From NCBI RefSeq assembly GCF_006345805.1, contig NC_043001.1:114080001-114144000 (forward strand): a stretch of DNA of 64,000 nt, written 5' to 3'. Both the position numbers and the translations under genes were made by a program. Of the stretch, positions 26,150 to 39,324 are shown one piece after another; the stretch's first letter is position 1, and the number at the start of each line of letters is the position of its first letter. The notes below the pieces were generated by a model. That model did no database searches. It was not told where the DNA came from and was given only the letters and a program-made list of their open reading frames with translations. This DNA is from Octopus sinensis. Taxonomy: Eukaryota.

Positions 26150-28233
26150 CACTGTGATTCATCTTCCCGTTCACAATTTTCCTCTTTAAATCTCTCTAAA
26201 GTCTTGCATGAGTCATCCTGGCCTCCAAAAAAGCTTTCCAAGCATTTCACGCATTTGTTCAACATCCAGCTTGACCCGAAGCAACGGTTTCTATGGCCTT
26301 TGGATCCATTCCAAGTGATTTCTTGGTAGTCCTTATACCGATTGCGTTTCCCTTCTGCAAGCTCGCCATAAAGCACCTGTTTGGGAGTGCTTTCATCCCA
26401 CATTCGAACAATATGACCAGACCATCTCATTTGAATTTTCAAAATCATTGATTTAATTGAACCAATGCCCGCAGAAGCAAAGATATGTGTGTCAGGAGTA
26501 AAAAAGCCCTATTTAATGTTTAACAATTTCAATTGTATTTAATAACACGTCCATGTTTCAGAATAATACAACAGGGTTGGTAAGACAAACGATTTGTAAA
26601 GAGCCTATTGCGTGTTGTTATTTATATGTCGTTGGCGCCAAATGCGTAACTCGAAACCACCAAATGCTTATGCTGTTCTTTTGAAATCGCAGATGTATTT
26701 CTGTATCCAGATTTCCATCATTTTCTACAGAGCTTCCGGAGTAGATGAAAGAATCAACAACCTCAAGTAACTTACCCTTAACGAATATTTTAATGGGGTT
26801 GAAAACAGCACCACGAGCAGGTTGATATATTACAAGTGTTTTTTTCAAGTTGATGGTCAAGCCAAAATCACCAAAAGCTTAGTCAAGTGCAGATACAAGA
26901 GATTGCAGGCCCGTTTCAGAGTGACTTACTAGTCGCAATCGTCAGCGTATAAGATTTCCCTAATGAGTGAAGTAAAAACCTATGTTTTGAATTTCGGTCT
27001 GGCCAGATTAAAGGTCTTCCCTATTGTTCGATATTTTATGTAAATACCCTCTTCGGATGTTTGAAAAGCGTGTAACAGTACAACAGCAAAGTACATTGCA
27101 AAGAGGGTGAGTGCATCAAAGCCTCTCCTTGCTTTACTCCATTTTCCACGACAAAAGATTCAGAAGGCCTGCCACCAAAATTAATTCCAGTCTTCATATT
27201 TTGATGCAAAGCACTAATCATGTTTACAATTTTTTCTAGGCCTCCGATTTTCCTTAGAATTAGCCACAGTGCATTTCGATTAACAGTATCGAATGCCTTG
27301 TTTAAATCAACAAAGCAATGGTATAGGGCATGATCTGTTCAATGCACTTTTCCTGAAATTGTTTGATTTTAAACATACAATCAATTGTGCCCCTGGAGGA
27401 GAGAAAACCAAATTGAGACTCAGATGCCGTATTTGGAACTATGAAGGTATTTAAACGTCATAATTGATTGCAGGCAAGTGCCTTTCCAACTACATACAAA
27501 AGCGAAATCCCACGAAAATTACCACACAGATACTTTGGCACTGGTTTATACAAGGAGATTATAGTGGCATCAATCCAGTCTTGAGGCACTTTCTCAGTTC
27601 TTCAACAGTGTCAAATTAATATATTTAAGACTTCAAACATTTTGTCGCCTCCATATTTCAAAGCTTCTGCACAGATTCCATTAGACCCTGGAGACTTATT
27701 GTTATTCAGCTCATTCACAGCTGATAAATGTCATTTAGAGTTGATTTAAATGCCAACTCCCCTATAACTGGAAGGTGTTCAATTTTTTCTATCATTCTCA
27801 TGTCAACGGATGATGGTCTATTCAAAAGTGCAGAGAAATATGCTACCCAGCGCTTATGAAAAGAAGTGGTGTCAGTCAAAAGTAAATTTCAACTTGTTGT
27901 TTTCACTGCAGCTATTAAAGAGCTATGGGAAGATTTCAAAACAAAAGTATTTTAGGCTGAAATTCTTCAGTGCGACTTAAATCGCGTAAGTCCAGTGACA
28001 AATCAGCAGAAAACCATGCTCTTTTTTTAGAAAAGCAAAAGTTAGACAATACACTTCTTTCTCAGTCCTTGAACCCCAACTCAAGCGAAGATTACAGAAA
28101 GCTGAAAGGGGAAGTGCAGACTGCTCTAAGGAAAATTAAACAGGAATTGTGGAATGATAGAGCAAAATTGGCGCAAGAAGCAGCTGATAGAAATGATGCC
28201 AAAGGTTTGTACTCTTATGTTAAGAAGGTATAT
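26150..28233 (-). mobile_element. RTE-clade LINE, 5'-truncated, with inverted 5' segment (27914-28233 on +)
   Basis: Minus: LLTD..RW..FSALLNRPSSVD, KSPG.NGI.AE, VPQDWIDA, NFRGISLL, FVDLNKAFDTVNR, GVKQG, LYADDC, QMRWSGHIVRM..PKQVLYGEL; + strand 27914-28233 encodes the upstream linker IKELWEDFK...AQEAADRNDAKGLYSYVKKVY. Confidence 0.9.
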
Positions 28234-28581
28234 ATACGTCTTTGTGTATTTAGTTCCTACGTACGTTTCACCATTGTTGTTAATTGGAATTCGGAGTGGG
28301 ATTTGGAGGCTTGTATCTAATGGTGAAGCGTATAGTACTGAATATTTATATCAGTGTCCATCTTTATTTGCGTTACCTATGCTCTGTCTATGATAAATAG
28401 TTACACAGCAAAATACAGTGGTTAATGAAGTGTTCTAATTGAAGCTAACTGCTTAAAGATAATCAACGTGGGGCTCTATATCAAATAGAGTATTTCTACA
28501 TCCAACTGTATACACAGGTAATATGTACATTTTTACATATACATACAGACAGACAGACACACACGCGCGCACACACACACG

Positions 28582-28625
<44 letters not shown>

Positions 28626-28703
28626 ATATATATATATATATATAACAAAGTGAAGTTGTAAGATACCGCACGAGTAGAAATATATATGCATTTTCAAACC
28701 TTC

Positions 28704-28749
<46 letters not shown>

Positions 28750-30479
28750 TTGTTGATGTGTTTCTGTTTGCCCCCAACCAACGTTTGACAAACCGATATT
28801 TGTATACATCTCCGTTACCTCGCGTTTCAGCAAAAGATACCTTTAGAATAATTATTACCCTTCAAAAATAGGTACCACGTCAATTCGTTCGATTAAACAT
28901 GCTGTCCAATGACTGTAACACGTCAATGATAATAAGCGTGTCTGTGTGTGTGTGTGTGTGTATGTGTGTGCGTGTGTGCGTGTGTGTGCGTGTGAGTATA
29001 TACAGAGAGAGAGAGAGAGAGCGAGAAAGAGAGAGAAAGGAAAGACATTTTTACGTCACATATTTACGTCACGAATGCCCTGTCTACATTTAACCACGTG
29101 CCTGTGTAAACCCCTGCACCAAATCAACGTCACAACTGTGTTCCTCTAAATGAGAAACCTTAATCTGACAAAGATTACTCAAACCAGCAAACTGCCAACG
29201 TCGATACCAGTGCGCAAAATCTCATGGTATGTTTTTACGTATTTATCTAATATAGAACGCATAGAAACGATTGAAAGATGGCCTATTGGATTTCAACAAC
29301 GATCCTGCTGTAAACTGTGTTTTATATACAGTTTAATCTCAAATCAATTGCGACCGTGATGGCATATGACCAAAGGAATTTCAGCTAGCAACCCATCGCT
29401 GCCGGGTCCTTTTGGTCATATCTCAAGCGACATCGTTTAGTTCATCATTTTCATTTACTTATACTTATTTGTTTGTTATTTGTAAGTTCATAAGATACTA
29501 TTTCAGGGACGTTTGGCTATTGTTTCTACCGTGTCTACTCCACACGTAGTGGCTTCTTTGTGTGTTTTGTCTGTTGGTTCACAAACTACCTCAGCAGTAT
29601 TCACTATTAGTAAATCGATAAAGATATTGAACAACCATCTGAATATATAGAATCTTACAGAAAAAAGAAAAAAAAACTGAAGCTGTATTCGTATACATCA
29701 CTTGTGTTAGCAGTATCGTCTTTGTTAAGAAATAAAACCGACCATTTCTAATAAATTTATGGCTAGAGTCAACAGGTTCAATAAAATATCCGCAATGCTA
29801 TTTTATTCCGATATATATTAACAGATTATATAATTTATTGCATTAACGCTTCACGTACGAATAGAGATGAGAAAATGTCGAGTTCGCTCACAGAGTGATA
29901 ATTCTTATTTTAGTAAAGAAATATTCTAAAAATTAATATCATATAGATATAAATTAAATTGAATTTATTGAGGGTTAACCTAGGTTTAAGTGACGAATGC
30001 ATAAAGATGACAAGAGGTAAAAGTTTAGGCAAAAACCCTGCCTCCTGACGTTTACATTTTTATCCAAAGAGCAAGCTAGTAAATCGCTATGCGGTCACTT
30101 ATACTGCTAGAAATAGGAGTTATATTTCCACGAATCACACCTTACAACCTGCACAGGATATATTAGACAATGCAGTCTGAAATGTGAAATAAGAGACGAT
30201 CTCAAAGACTTGAGTGTTTTTGATCGGGAAAACTTAGGTGTGAATAACAAGAATCATCTGTCATACTATGTTCTTTATATTCACCTGATTTCATTGTTTA
30301 ACGCAGTAATTTATTGTCACAAAACCATAAGAGATAGATATACATATATAATACCAAATATTTATGGCAAGACGGTTCTTTTCCATGCCGACTACTTGAT
30401 ATGATTGTTATGCTCAATGATGGTCATATCATTTTTATATATAAATATATTAAACAAATATATCTTAGATAAAACTATA

Positions 30480-30900
30480 TATATATATATGCATGCATAT
30501 ATGGTATAGGATGTCACCAACTGTATAAACAACAGGAAATACGAAAACAAACGAGTGAAATAAGCCAGCAACGAGAGAGAAAAGAAGTAAACAAAGAAAA
30601 CGACCCTTCATCAGTTGTCGGCTGTCTATCTGCTCCTCATTTCGAGCATTTAATGACAATATGAGTCTTCAAAAACAGTTGCTCTCATAACTTCCAAAAT
30701 TAAAACTTAGGATTTATGGAGGGTCAAAGTTGGGAACAAAAACAGGACTGGGGAGCCATACAAGGAAACCGAAAGAAAGCAAACACGGAGGGTCGTTAGA
30801 CCAGAACGAGAGGAAAATAGTGAACGCTGAATGAAATATTTTCTTTTGAAAGAGAAAAGATAGAAGAGAGAGAAAGAAAACGTCCAATGAACGGAGCAGT
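30480..30900 (-). repeat. second copy of the 11700-12110 repeat
   Basis: Reverse complement matches the 11700-12110 blocks. Confidence 0.85.
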
Positions 30901-31163
30901 TTGCTTGTTAGATTAGCATGCATGTGGTTGAACACTGAACAGCCTCGCGTATCCTTATCGTGGTTCTCAGGGAGATTTAGCGTGACGCAGAATGTGAAAA
31001 AGTCGTCTCCTTTCAATTGCAAGTGCTACTTATTTTACCAGCTGAGTGGAGTAGAGCAACGTGAAATAAAGTGCCTTGCTCAAGGACACAGCGCGCCGCA
31101 GGAAATCGAACTCGTGACTTTATGATCGAGAGCTGAAAACCCCTAACCGCTAAGCCAAGCACC
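30900..31163 (-). mobile_element. tRNA-derived SINE family C
   Basis: Minus head GGTGCTTGGCTTAGCGGTTAGG...GAGTTCGATTTCC, TGTGTCCTTGAGCAAGGCACTTTATTTCAC; 3' half GTCACGCT.AAT.TCCC.GAGA shared with 43370-43545. Confidence 0.8.
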
Positions 31164-31224
31164 TTTTCCGTGTATGAAGGTATTGCAACGCAAATTTACC
31201 AGGCTTTTAAACTCATTAAATTAT

Positions 31225-31438
31225 TGGTTTCAAATTTTGTCACAAGGACAGCAATTTCGGGGAGGAGTTACGTTGATTACATCAACCCCAGTGCTCAATT
31301 GGTACTTATTGTATTGACCCCCGGCAGGATAAAAGTGAAAGTCGACCTCGATGGGATTTGAACTCAGAATGTAAAGACAGATGAAAAGTCGCTAAGTATT
31401 TTGCCCAGAATACTAACCATTCTGCCATCTCGCCGCCT
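31225..31438 (-). mobile_element. tRNA-derived SINE family B
   Basis: Reverse complement of the 10199-type element, ending ...TTCTGCCATCTCGCCGCC. Confidence 0.85.
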
Positions 31439-32040
31439 TAAACTCATTAAAATATTATCCCTTATTTTCCCTATTTATCTTCCATTTCCTTATTTTGTTT
31501 TTTAACTCTCCCAGCCCTAATATTTTTTGGTGTATGATTTGTTTATTTATCATTTAGCCATTTTCGTTACAGTGATTTTTGTTAATAAACAATTAAAGAA
31601 AATAACCTATTTTCCACTGGAAATTTATATCTCCATTGTGATTTCCTATAACACAAAACAACAACAACAAAATCCTCACAAAAACTGTGGAAACAATGAT
31701 AAGAAATATTTTATCAATGGTCATTTTTATGCCGAGTAAAATGTCTGAGTTTAAATAACGTTTTATCAATTCATTATATTTAAATTAATCACAATATCAA
31801 AAATACTTTTAGAACTGTGCACACAGCCAAGCACGCACATGCGCGCGCATACACGCACACACACAAACACACACACATGTATCAGAACTTTATTGTGTGG
31901 CAATATTTTTCCTACATTTTGTCAAAACGCTCCTCCCTTCTCGCCCCACCTCCTCTCTCATTCACTTCCTTCGTCATAGTCACTTCCGTCTCCACACATC
32001 ATACGCGGACACACATGTTGTTACATGCGAATACACACAA

Positions 32041-32077
<37 letters not shown>

Positions 32078-32762
32078 CGTATATATATTGCGTATGTAAC
32101 ACATTATGCACAGACACACACACACACACACCACACATAAATGCATTACATACATATACTTACACAGTATTTAGTTGGGTAGATATGAAAATAGACAGTA
32201 AAACAGTTAGAAAGATACGTAAATAGGTATGTAGATAGTTTTCTAAAATATTTATATAACTTAAAATGAAAATGCGAAATATTTGCCACGGAAACTAGAA
32301 AGCGAATAGATTAAAGAATAATGGGAAGATGAATAAAACTGTCAATAGAAGTAGAAACTATTTCGAAGAAAGCTGTCATAATGGTAAGCAAGTCGAGAAA
32401 GAAAGACAGAAGGTCTCGCAGAAATCTGATTAACAGCAATATGGCGCTAGCTCATAACGCTATGCACAGGTATAATTGTGAGTTGTCGAAATTACAGATG
32501 AATTCATCGACAAGGTATGAATGTGTCTGGCGTTTGAAAGGGCTCTGAGATCACAGGAAGGGTTACGAGATACAATATCAGCCTTATTGCAAATTTTAAA
32601 ACGCCCGATCACGCGCTATCCATCTTCGCGAATAGGCAAGTTCATAAACACACATATCGCAAGCAGACTTTTACACATATATACTTCGAGAAAAACAAGA
32701 GAAAGAATGAGGGAGAGATAATATATAGTTAGGAAAATAGTATTTCATATATATAATACACT

Positions 32763-32793
<31 letters not shown>

Positions 32794-33856
32794 TAGTATA
32801 TATTATATATGTAATTAAGGTATGTATATAAGTACACAGACACATATACATACACATGCATGTATAATTTACGTATAACTATATATACATAAATATGGTT
32901 AAGCAGACAAACAGACAAGCAGATATATATATATCTATATATATATAGATAGATAGAGAGAGAGATAGAGATAGAGAGAGAGAGAGGGTAGAAAGATAGA
33001 TAGATACATAAATAGATAGATAGATACATACATACAAAGATAGACAGACAGACAGACAGATAGATAGGTAGGTAGGTTAGGTAAGACAGACATATGAAGG
33101 GTGAGAGGAAGGGGGAAAAGACAGAAATATATTTATGTGTGTGCGTATTATATATATATACATATATATGTATATTTGTATATATATGTATATATATATA
33201 TACATACAGACACACACATATATATGTATATTTACACACAAATATATGTGTGTTTGTATGCATACACACCAACACACTCACACACATGCAGACACACACA
33301 AAAGTACATATGCATACATGCATACATGCAAATATACGTGCATACATACATACATACATACATACATACATACATACATACATACATACATACATACATA
33401 CATACAGTCACTGTAAGTATGCTGAATAATCAGAGAAATACCTTTATAACAGCCAGCCTTGCCTTAATTTCCTGCCCAAGAATCGTATGCAAATTGTCCA
33501 CTTCTATTATTTCTCATACTATAAATACCAGCTGAATATTATCTCATAAGATAAAATTAGAGGATAATGCGTATGAGAAGGCAAAGTTCTAAGAGAGGAG
33601 ATCGAGGTAGAAGGAACAACGGTGGCTGTATGACGAAAATATTGAAAAGAAAGGAATAATACTTAGAGAATATTTTGAGTAGCAATCAAAGATTTTCTGT
33701 ATACAAAGTGGACATCAATAAAATATTAACTACAATATAGTATCGAAAATAATAACAGTAATAATAATAATAATAATAATGATAATAAAGATGATGGTCA
33801 TCATGATGATGATGATGATGATGATTTCTTTTATTTCTAATGAATTTTTTATTTAA

Positions 33857-33895
<39 letters not shown>

Positions 33896-34277
33896 TAATA
33901 ATAATAATAATAATAACAATAACAATAATAATAATAATAATATCCAATGAAAGAGCAACGAATGTATATTTGAAAGAAATCGCTTACAAAGAGAAACACC
34001 TTGATTCGTGATTGATATTTAAGAGCCTTTACTATATATGTATATACGTGTGTTTGGGTGTGTGTGTGTATGTACACACACACCCACACTCACACTCACG
34101 CTCGCACACACACATGTATATATATATATATATTTATACAAATGTATGCGAGCACGAGTGCGTGTGTCCGTTCCTATAGATAAATACGTATAGAATTATA
34201 TGTATGTACGTTTGTGTGGTGTATGTGCTTCTGTGCGTACGTATGTGTATACATAATATACACACACACACACACAC

Positions 34278-34336
<59 letters not shown>

Positions 34337-34401
34337 GTACATACACACACACACGCACATTTATATATTATATATATATATACATACACACACACACATA
34401 T

Positions 34402-34458
<57 letters not shown>

Positions 34459-35012
34459 GTATATAGTATGTATGTATGTATGTATGTATGTGTGTATGTA
34501 TGTATGTATATGACATAGATATATATCAGATACGTCCACGATATTGAATAGCGTACGTTTACTCTATATGCTAGACAACTCATTTTTTCAACGCTGGCTT
34601 TTAAAAGTCCGGACACATGACTAAGCGATAATTCATTTAATATAACGTTGGCCACGTTTGATCGGTGGGACAATGACATCAAGGAATAAATAATATTGAT
34701 GGAAGCGATTGGCGGTCACCACTAGGAATAAATAAAGAGAAATAAACAGTGAGGTAGACACACATTCAAACACACCTACACACAAGTACACGCATGCTTA
34801 AACGTACAAGCACATACACAAATACGCATAATATAAGTATATATGTGTGTGTGTATATCTATGTCTGTGTGTGTGTGTTTCTTTCTATGTGTGTATCTGT
34901 GTGCGTACGTGGAGACGGATGGGAATCTTTTTATACCTATCTAATTTATGAACGAATAATTTCCTTTTAAGTTTCCATCACACTTTTTTTTATTCCCCTT
35001 CCCCACTTCTGT

Positions 35013-35056
<44 letters not shown>

Positions 35057-35589
35057 TTTTTTGTTATTTATTTTCGTGTTTTTCTTCATACTTATAAAAC
35101 CACATATGTATACAAATGCATATCACACACACACACACATACATATATATACAGATGCGAACACACATATGCGCAGTTTAACCAGACACACGCGTATGGT
35201 TGCATAATAGTGCACATTTACACACACAAACATACGCATAGATGTATGTATAAATATATATAAAAGTGCGTGATTGTGTGTGATTCTGTGCGTGCGTGCA
35301 TGTGTATGTGTGTGTGTGCGTGTGTACGTGCATATATACGTTTACGCATCTGCATGCGTCATAACTTGAAATCTATCAGTGATCTATGATATAATAATTG
35401 TTTAATAAATTCTGATTTTTTTCAAATCTTAATGTTAATGTTATGATACCTATACTTTAATATTTATACTACTAATAACTGAGTTAAATTGATCTCTTTG
35501 CAATTTCAGTTTTTCACTCAGTTTAATTACCTCCATATTTAATAGATGTGTAAATAGCTAAGCATTCAAAAGACCCACATAAGTTAGCA

Positions 35590-35722
35590 TCTACCTCTAT
35601 CCTGTTTCACCCGCCAATCTTGTACCAATGCATGGTTCTTGTAAAATACACTTGCCCAGGGCACTAAGCGGTGTGATCAAACACGAAATCCTATGATTGC
35701 GAAGTGAAATTCTTAACCATCG
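35590..35722 (-). mobile_element. decayed tRNA SINE head
   Basis: Minus TGGTTAAGAATTTCACTTCGCAATC...CCCTGGGCAAGTG, similar to the family A head and core. Confidence 0.45.
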
Positions 35723-35752
35723 TTTCTCTCTCCCTCTCTCTTTCTCTCTCTT

Positions 35753-35793
<41 letters not shown>

Positions 35794-35849
35794 ACACACA
35801 CACACACGGGAAATTATAGTCACCTGTTATTAAATCAATATGAAATTGA

Positions 35850-36690
35850 CAGAATTGAATGTAAGACTTGATAGTAGTAAGGCATTCATTGGAACACCGT
35901 TGTGGTGCTTGTGGTAACCTATAGACTCCAATATTGCTAAATCATTAGATTTTCTTTCTACGCAGACACAGATTCCCTTTGGAGAATGGGACATTTGTAT
36001 TTGCGTTAAATGCATCGTGTAGGAAAACAGCAACGTTTTCTCCTCTCTGTGCAATCTGAGCGAATGGTGGTATAATTTCTCACTTTTACTTCAGCTTCCA
36101 AGTGAGAGTTGTTGAGTGCCAGTACGGATAGACAAAGGAATGTGATGAGGGTGGTCAGCGACCTAATCTTGAATGAAATGAACCCTCCATTTATTTCAAT
36201 TGAAGGATGGACTGATGCCTTGCGAATTCAGCAAAAAGATTATGGAGTATTGCCTCATTGGGCCCCAGAAAGGTGGTTTCTGCACTACGGTAGTAAAAGA
36301 TATTCGTACTCTGATGCTGCCAAGATATTTTTTTGAATCTCTTTTGCTATGATCTGCATGGATTAAAAAAGGAGAATGCATCGTGTTGGCGAGAATTTAG
36401 TGGCAGTAGTTGTGGTCACACTGACAGCTTTTGTCAGCGGTTCATTTGTTTGTGTCTTTACTGAATGTTCTGAAGTTTCCCGTGTTAGAGAACGTCATGC
36501 CAGTGCTGTTGATTTTGTCTTTACTTCTGAAGATTTCTGATATGGAATTCAGCAGTACTGTGTTATTTTTACATCTGAATTCCAGACCAAAAATTTTCAG
36601 CAAATGTAAACCCATGGACAAGTTCGTTTTGGTGAATTGTAAGGCACACGCTCACTGGGTAGAGCAGTTGCATTTACAATCAAAGGGTAC
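35850..36690 (-). mobile_element. decayed LINE 5' region (APE endonuclease start, possible PHD-type ORF1 relic)
   Basis: Minus across frames: NPCRS..K, ET.FL.PN, IRSDCTERR, VAVFLHD, IGVYRLP (cf. NARS..NK / ETWL / R.DR..GGGVA / G.YRPP); upstream TCPWVYIC resembles C..WVH..C. Confidence 0.45.
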
Positions 36691-37188
36691 ATAACTCTAA
36701 TTCTTCCTCTTCCTTTTTCCTATCTTTTCCCGTTTTTCCCCTTCCACTTTTGGCATCAACGTTCCTCTGATTTTTTTTCCTCGTGATTTCTCTTTTTCTA
36801 TCTACCGGGTGTGTCACTTGTATAGGCCATGTGCTCTGAGCTTGGAGTTTATTTGGAAATAATAGGTGTGATATAATAACTTGCTTATACCACGTCTCTA
36901 GTGTTATTTCAAACAATACACACACATACACATAGACAGACACACATATGTGTGTGCTTGTGTGTGTATGCGTTTGTGTGTGTGTGTGTGAGTATGTGTG
37001 TGTATTATTTAATGTACATAGTGTGTAGATATGAGCGACTTACAGTTTGATTTACAACAGAAGTAGTCTTTCAGTTCGTTTACGGGAAACATTTTGAATA
37101 TGCATATAAAAACCCTCTAATTTATTATGCCGGCTGTCACTAAAAGACTTTTGGGCTTGCACCAATCTGTGCGGACATATATGATAGC

Positions 37189-37264
<76 letters not shown>

Positions 37265-37287
37265 GTGATGATGATGATGATGATGAA

Positions 37288-37324
<37 letters not shown>

Positions 37325-37975
37325 GTGGTGGTGAGGATGATGATAATGCATGAATAGAATTTATGAATGTTTTAATGCAGTGCTACAGCGTTTCCACAGC
37401 TCAAGTGTTTCCGAAGATCGTAGTCAGGAATGCGGACTTTGATCTTAAGAATCATAAGATTTGTGGAAATGCGCGTAGCGATTCGTTGAAATACTTATAA
37501 ATTCCATCTTTGGATTATGTATGTATGTATGTATGTATGTATGTATGTATGTATGTATGTATGTATGTATGTATGCATGCATATATATATACATATATAT
37601 ATAGAGAGAGATTGAAAGAAAAAGGGAGAGAGATACGTGTGTATATATATGAGTATGTATGTTTGCATATATATATATATATATATATATATCTACGTAT
37701 GTATACACACACACATAAACACGCGCACACGCACACACACATACATATATGCAATGAAACAGACTCCAAACGATTGGAGTGGGGTCTGCATCGGCAGGAC
37801 ATATGAAGTAAAATCGACCAAAACAGTACAGTGAACTAGCCGTTGGGGGTGGAAACTCTAACATTCCGGATTGAGTTCTTCAGCAGGTAATTGTTGACTA
37901 GAGTGAAATTAAAGTGAGACACCGAAGTGTTAGAACTTCTAAGTGTGGAAAACTACATGCACTACTCATTTCTGC

Positions 37976-38008
<33 letters not shown>

Positions 38009-38066
38009 ATTATATATATATATATATATAATATATATTATATATATATATAATATATACACATAT

Positions 38067-38103
<37 letters not shown>

Positions 38104-38224
38104 TATGTGCGGTTCTCAACATACACTGAACTAAAACAGTTTCGCCATGGGCTCTTAGGAGCTTAGTTCGATTTGTTTTTGCTCCGCCTCTGTTCTGTTT
38201 TTGTTTTCCAACGGATTTCCTTTT

Positions 38225-38306
38225 TTCTGCTGAAGAGAAAGACACAATATGGTCCCATTATTCAATCGGATTTTGGTAATTTGTGCCTTTCGAAACACGT
38301 GTAGAA
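38225..38306 (+). ncRNA. type-I hammerhead-like motif with long stem II
   Basis: TTCTG-CTGAAGA-GAAAG.CACAA(~33 nt)TTGTG.CTTTC-GAAA-CACG-TG|TAGAA; canonical G10.1-C11.1 pair, but the triplet reads GUG (probably decayed from GUC). Confidence 0.55.
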
Positions 38307-38370
38307 TGAAATAACGATTTCTGTTCAATCTGCGTTCAGCTCCATTTCTTCAATTCACCAATAATGTTTT

Positions 38371-38410
<40 letters not shown>

Positions 38411-38914
38411 CTACCCGCATGAACACTCATCGAATCACAAGCACATACATATCACACAAAATATATCTACAAAATTACCATAGTAGTAATTGCAATATTT
38501 TTGTTGATATTGAAAATTGTATTAGTATCTACTTTTCGAGACGTATTTTGAATCTAGCATCATGTATATTTTATTATCTATTTGCGTTTTCTCCGACCCC
38601 GTGTCTACCTAGCAAGTCTAGAATGAACCTAGAGACTATCTCAATTATTGAATGCATAAAACCATATATATTTCTCCCACCTTCTCTCATATATTTATAT
38701 CTATTCTCATATAATCCCAAACATAGACTCTATTAGATGCTTGCATTTAAAGCCACACCTACATATGTATTTCGTATGTATGTATGTATATATATATATA
38801 TATATACTACATATATATATATGTATATATATACACATACATACATATATATGTATATTACATACATACACACATACACACATATATATATATATAATAT
38901 ATACATACATACAT

Positions 38915-38991
<77 letters not shown>

Positions 38992-39019
38992 CAGTTGAAA
39001 AAGAGAATACCACTAAAAT

Positions 39020-39108
39020 GGATTTCTAATATGCTAAATATAGACGTCAGATCGCCTTACCAAGAAGGTAAAGCGATTTGATGTCTATCTTTAGCATATC
39101 AAGAATCC
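39020..39108. repeat. 42-bp inverted repeat with a 5-nt loop
   Basis: GGATTTCTAATATGCTAAATATAGACGTCAGATCGCCTTACC vs reverse complement of 39067-39108: 35/42 identical. Confidence 0.9.
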
Positions 39109-39324
39109 ACTTATTAATTGTAATATAATTTTAAATCTTCGGATTTTTTTTTTATATGCTAGACCACTGGTTTAAATTGATGTTAATTGATTGATAGCAA
39201 TTTCTAACCTCGTTATTTAATTTATATAATATATAAAAATATTTCTACTGAATGGAGGGCTGCTGCGCGGACTACGCGGAAAAACTGTAAAAATAAATTT
39301 CATTCCTGAGAGACCTTGTGACAT

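Noticed and set aside
28250-28330. Minus-strand GAAACGTA preceded by a 9-bp hairpin
   Set aside because: No CUGANGA upstream of the hairpin.
30590-30660. Minus-strand GAAA...CTGATGA suggesting a type-II hammerhead
   Set aside because: Stems I and III do not form, and the homologous copy at ~12000 has CTGTTGACC, so the core is not conserved.
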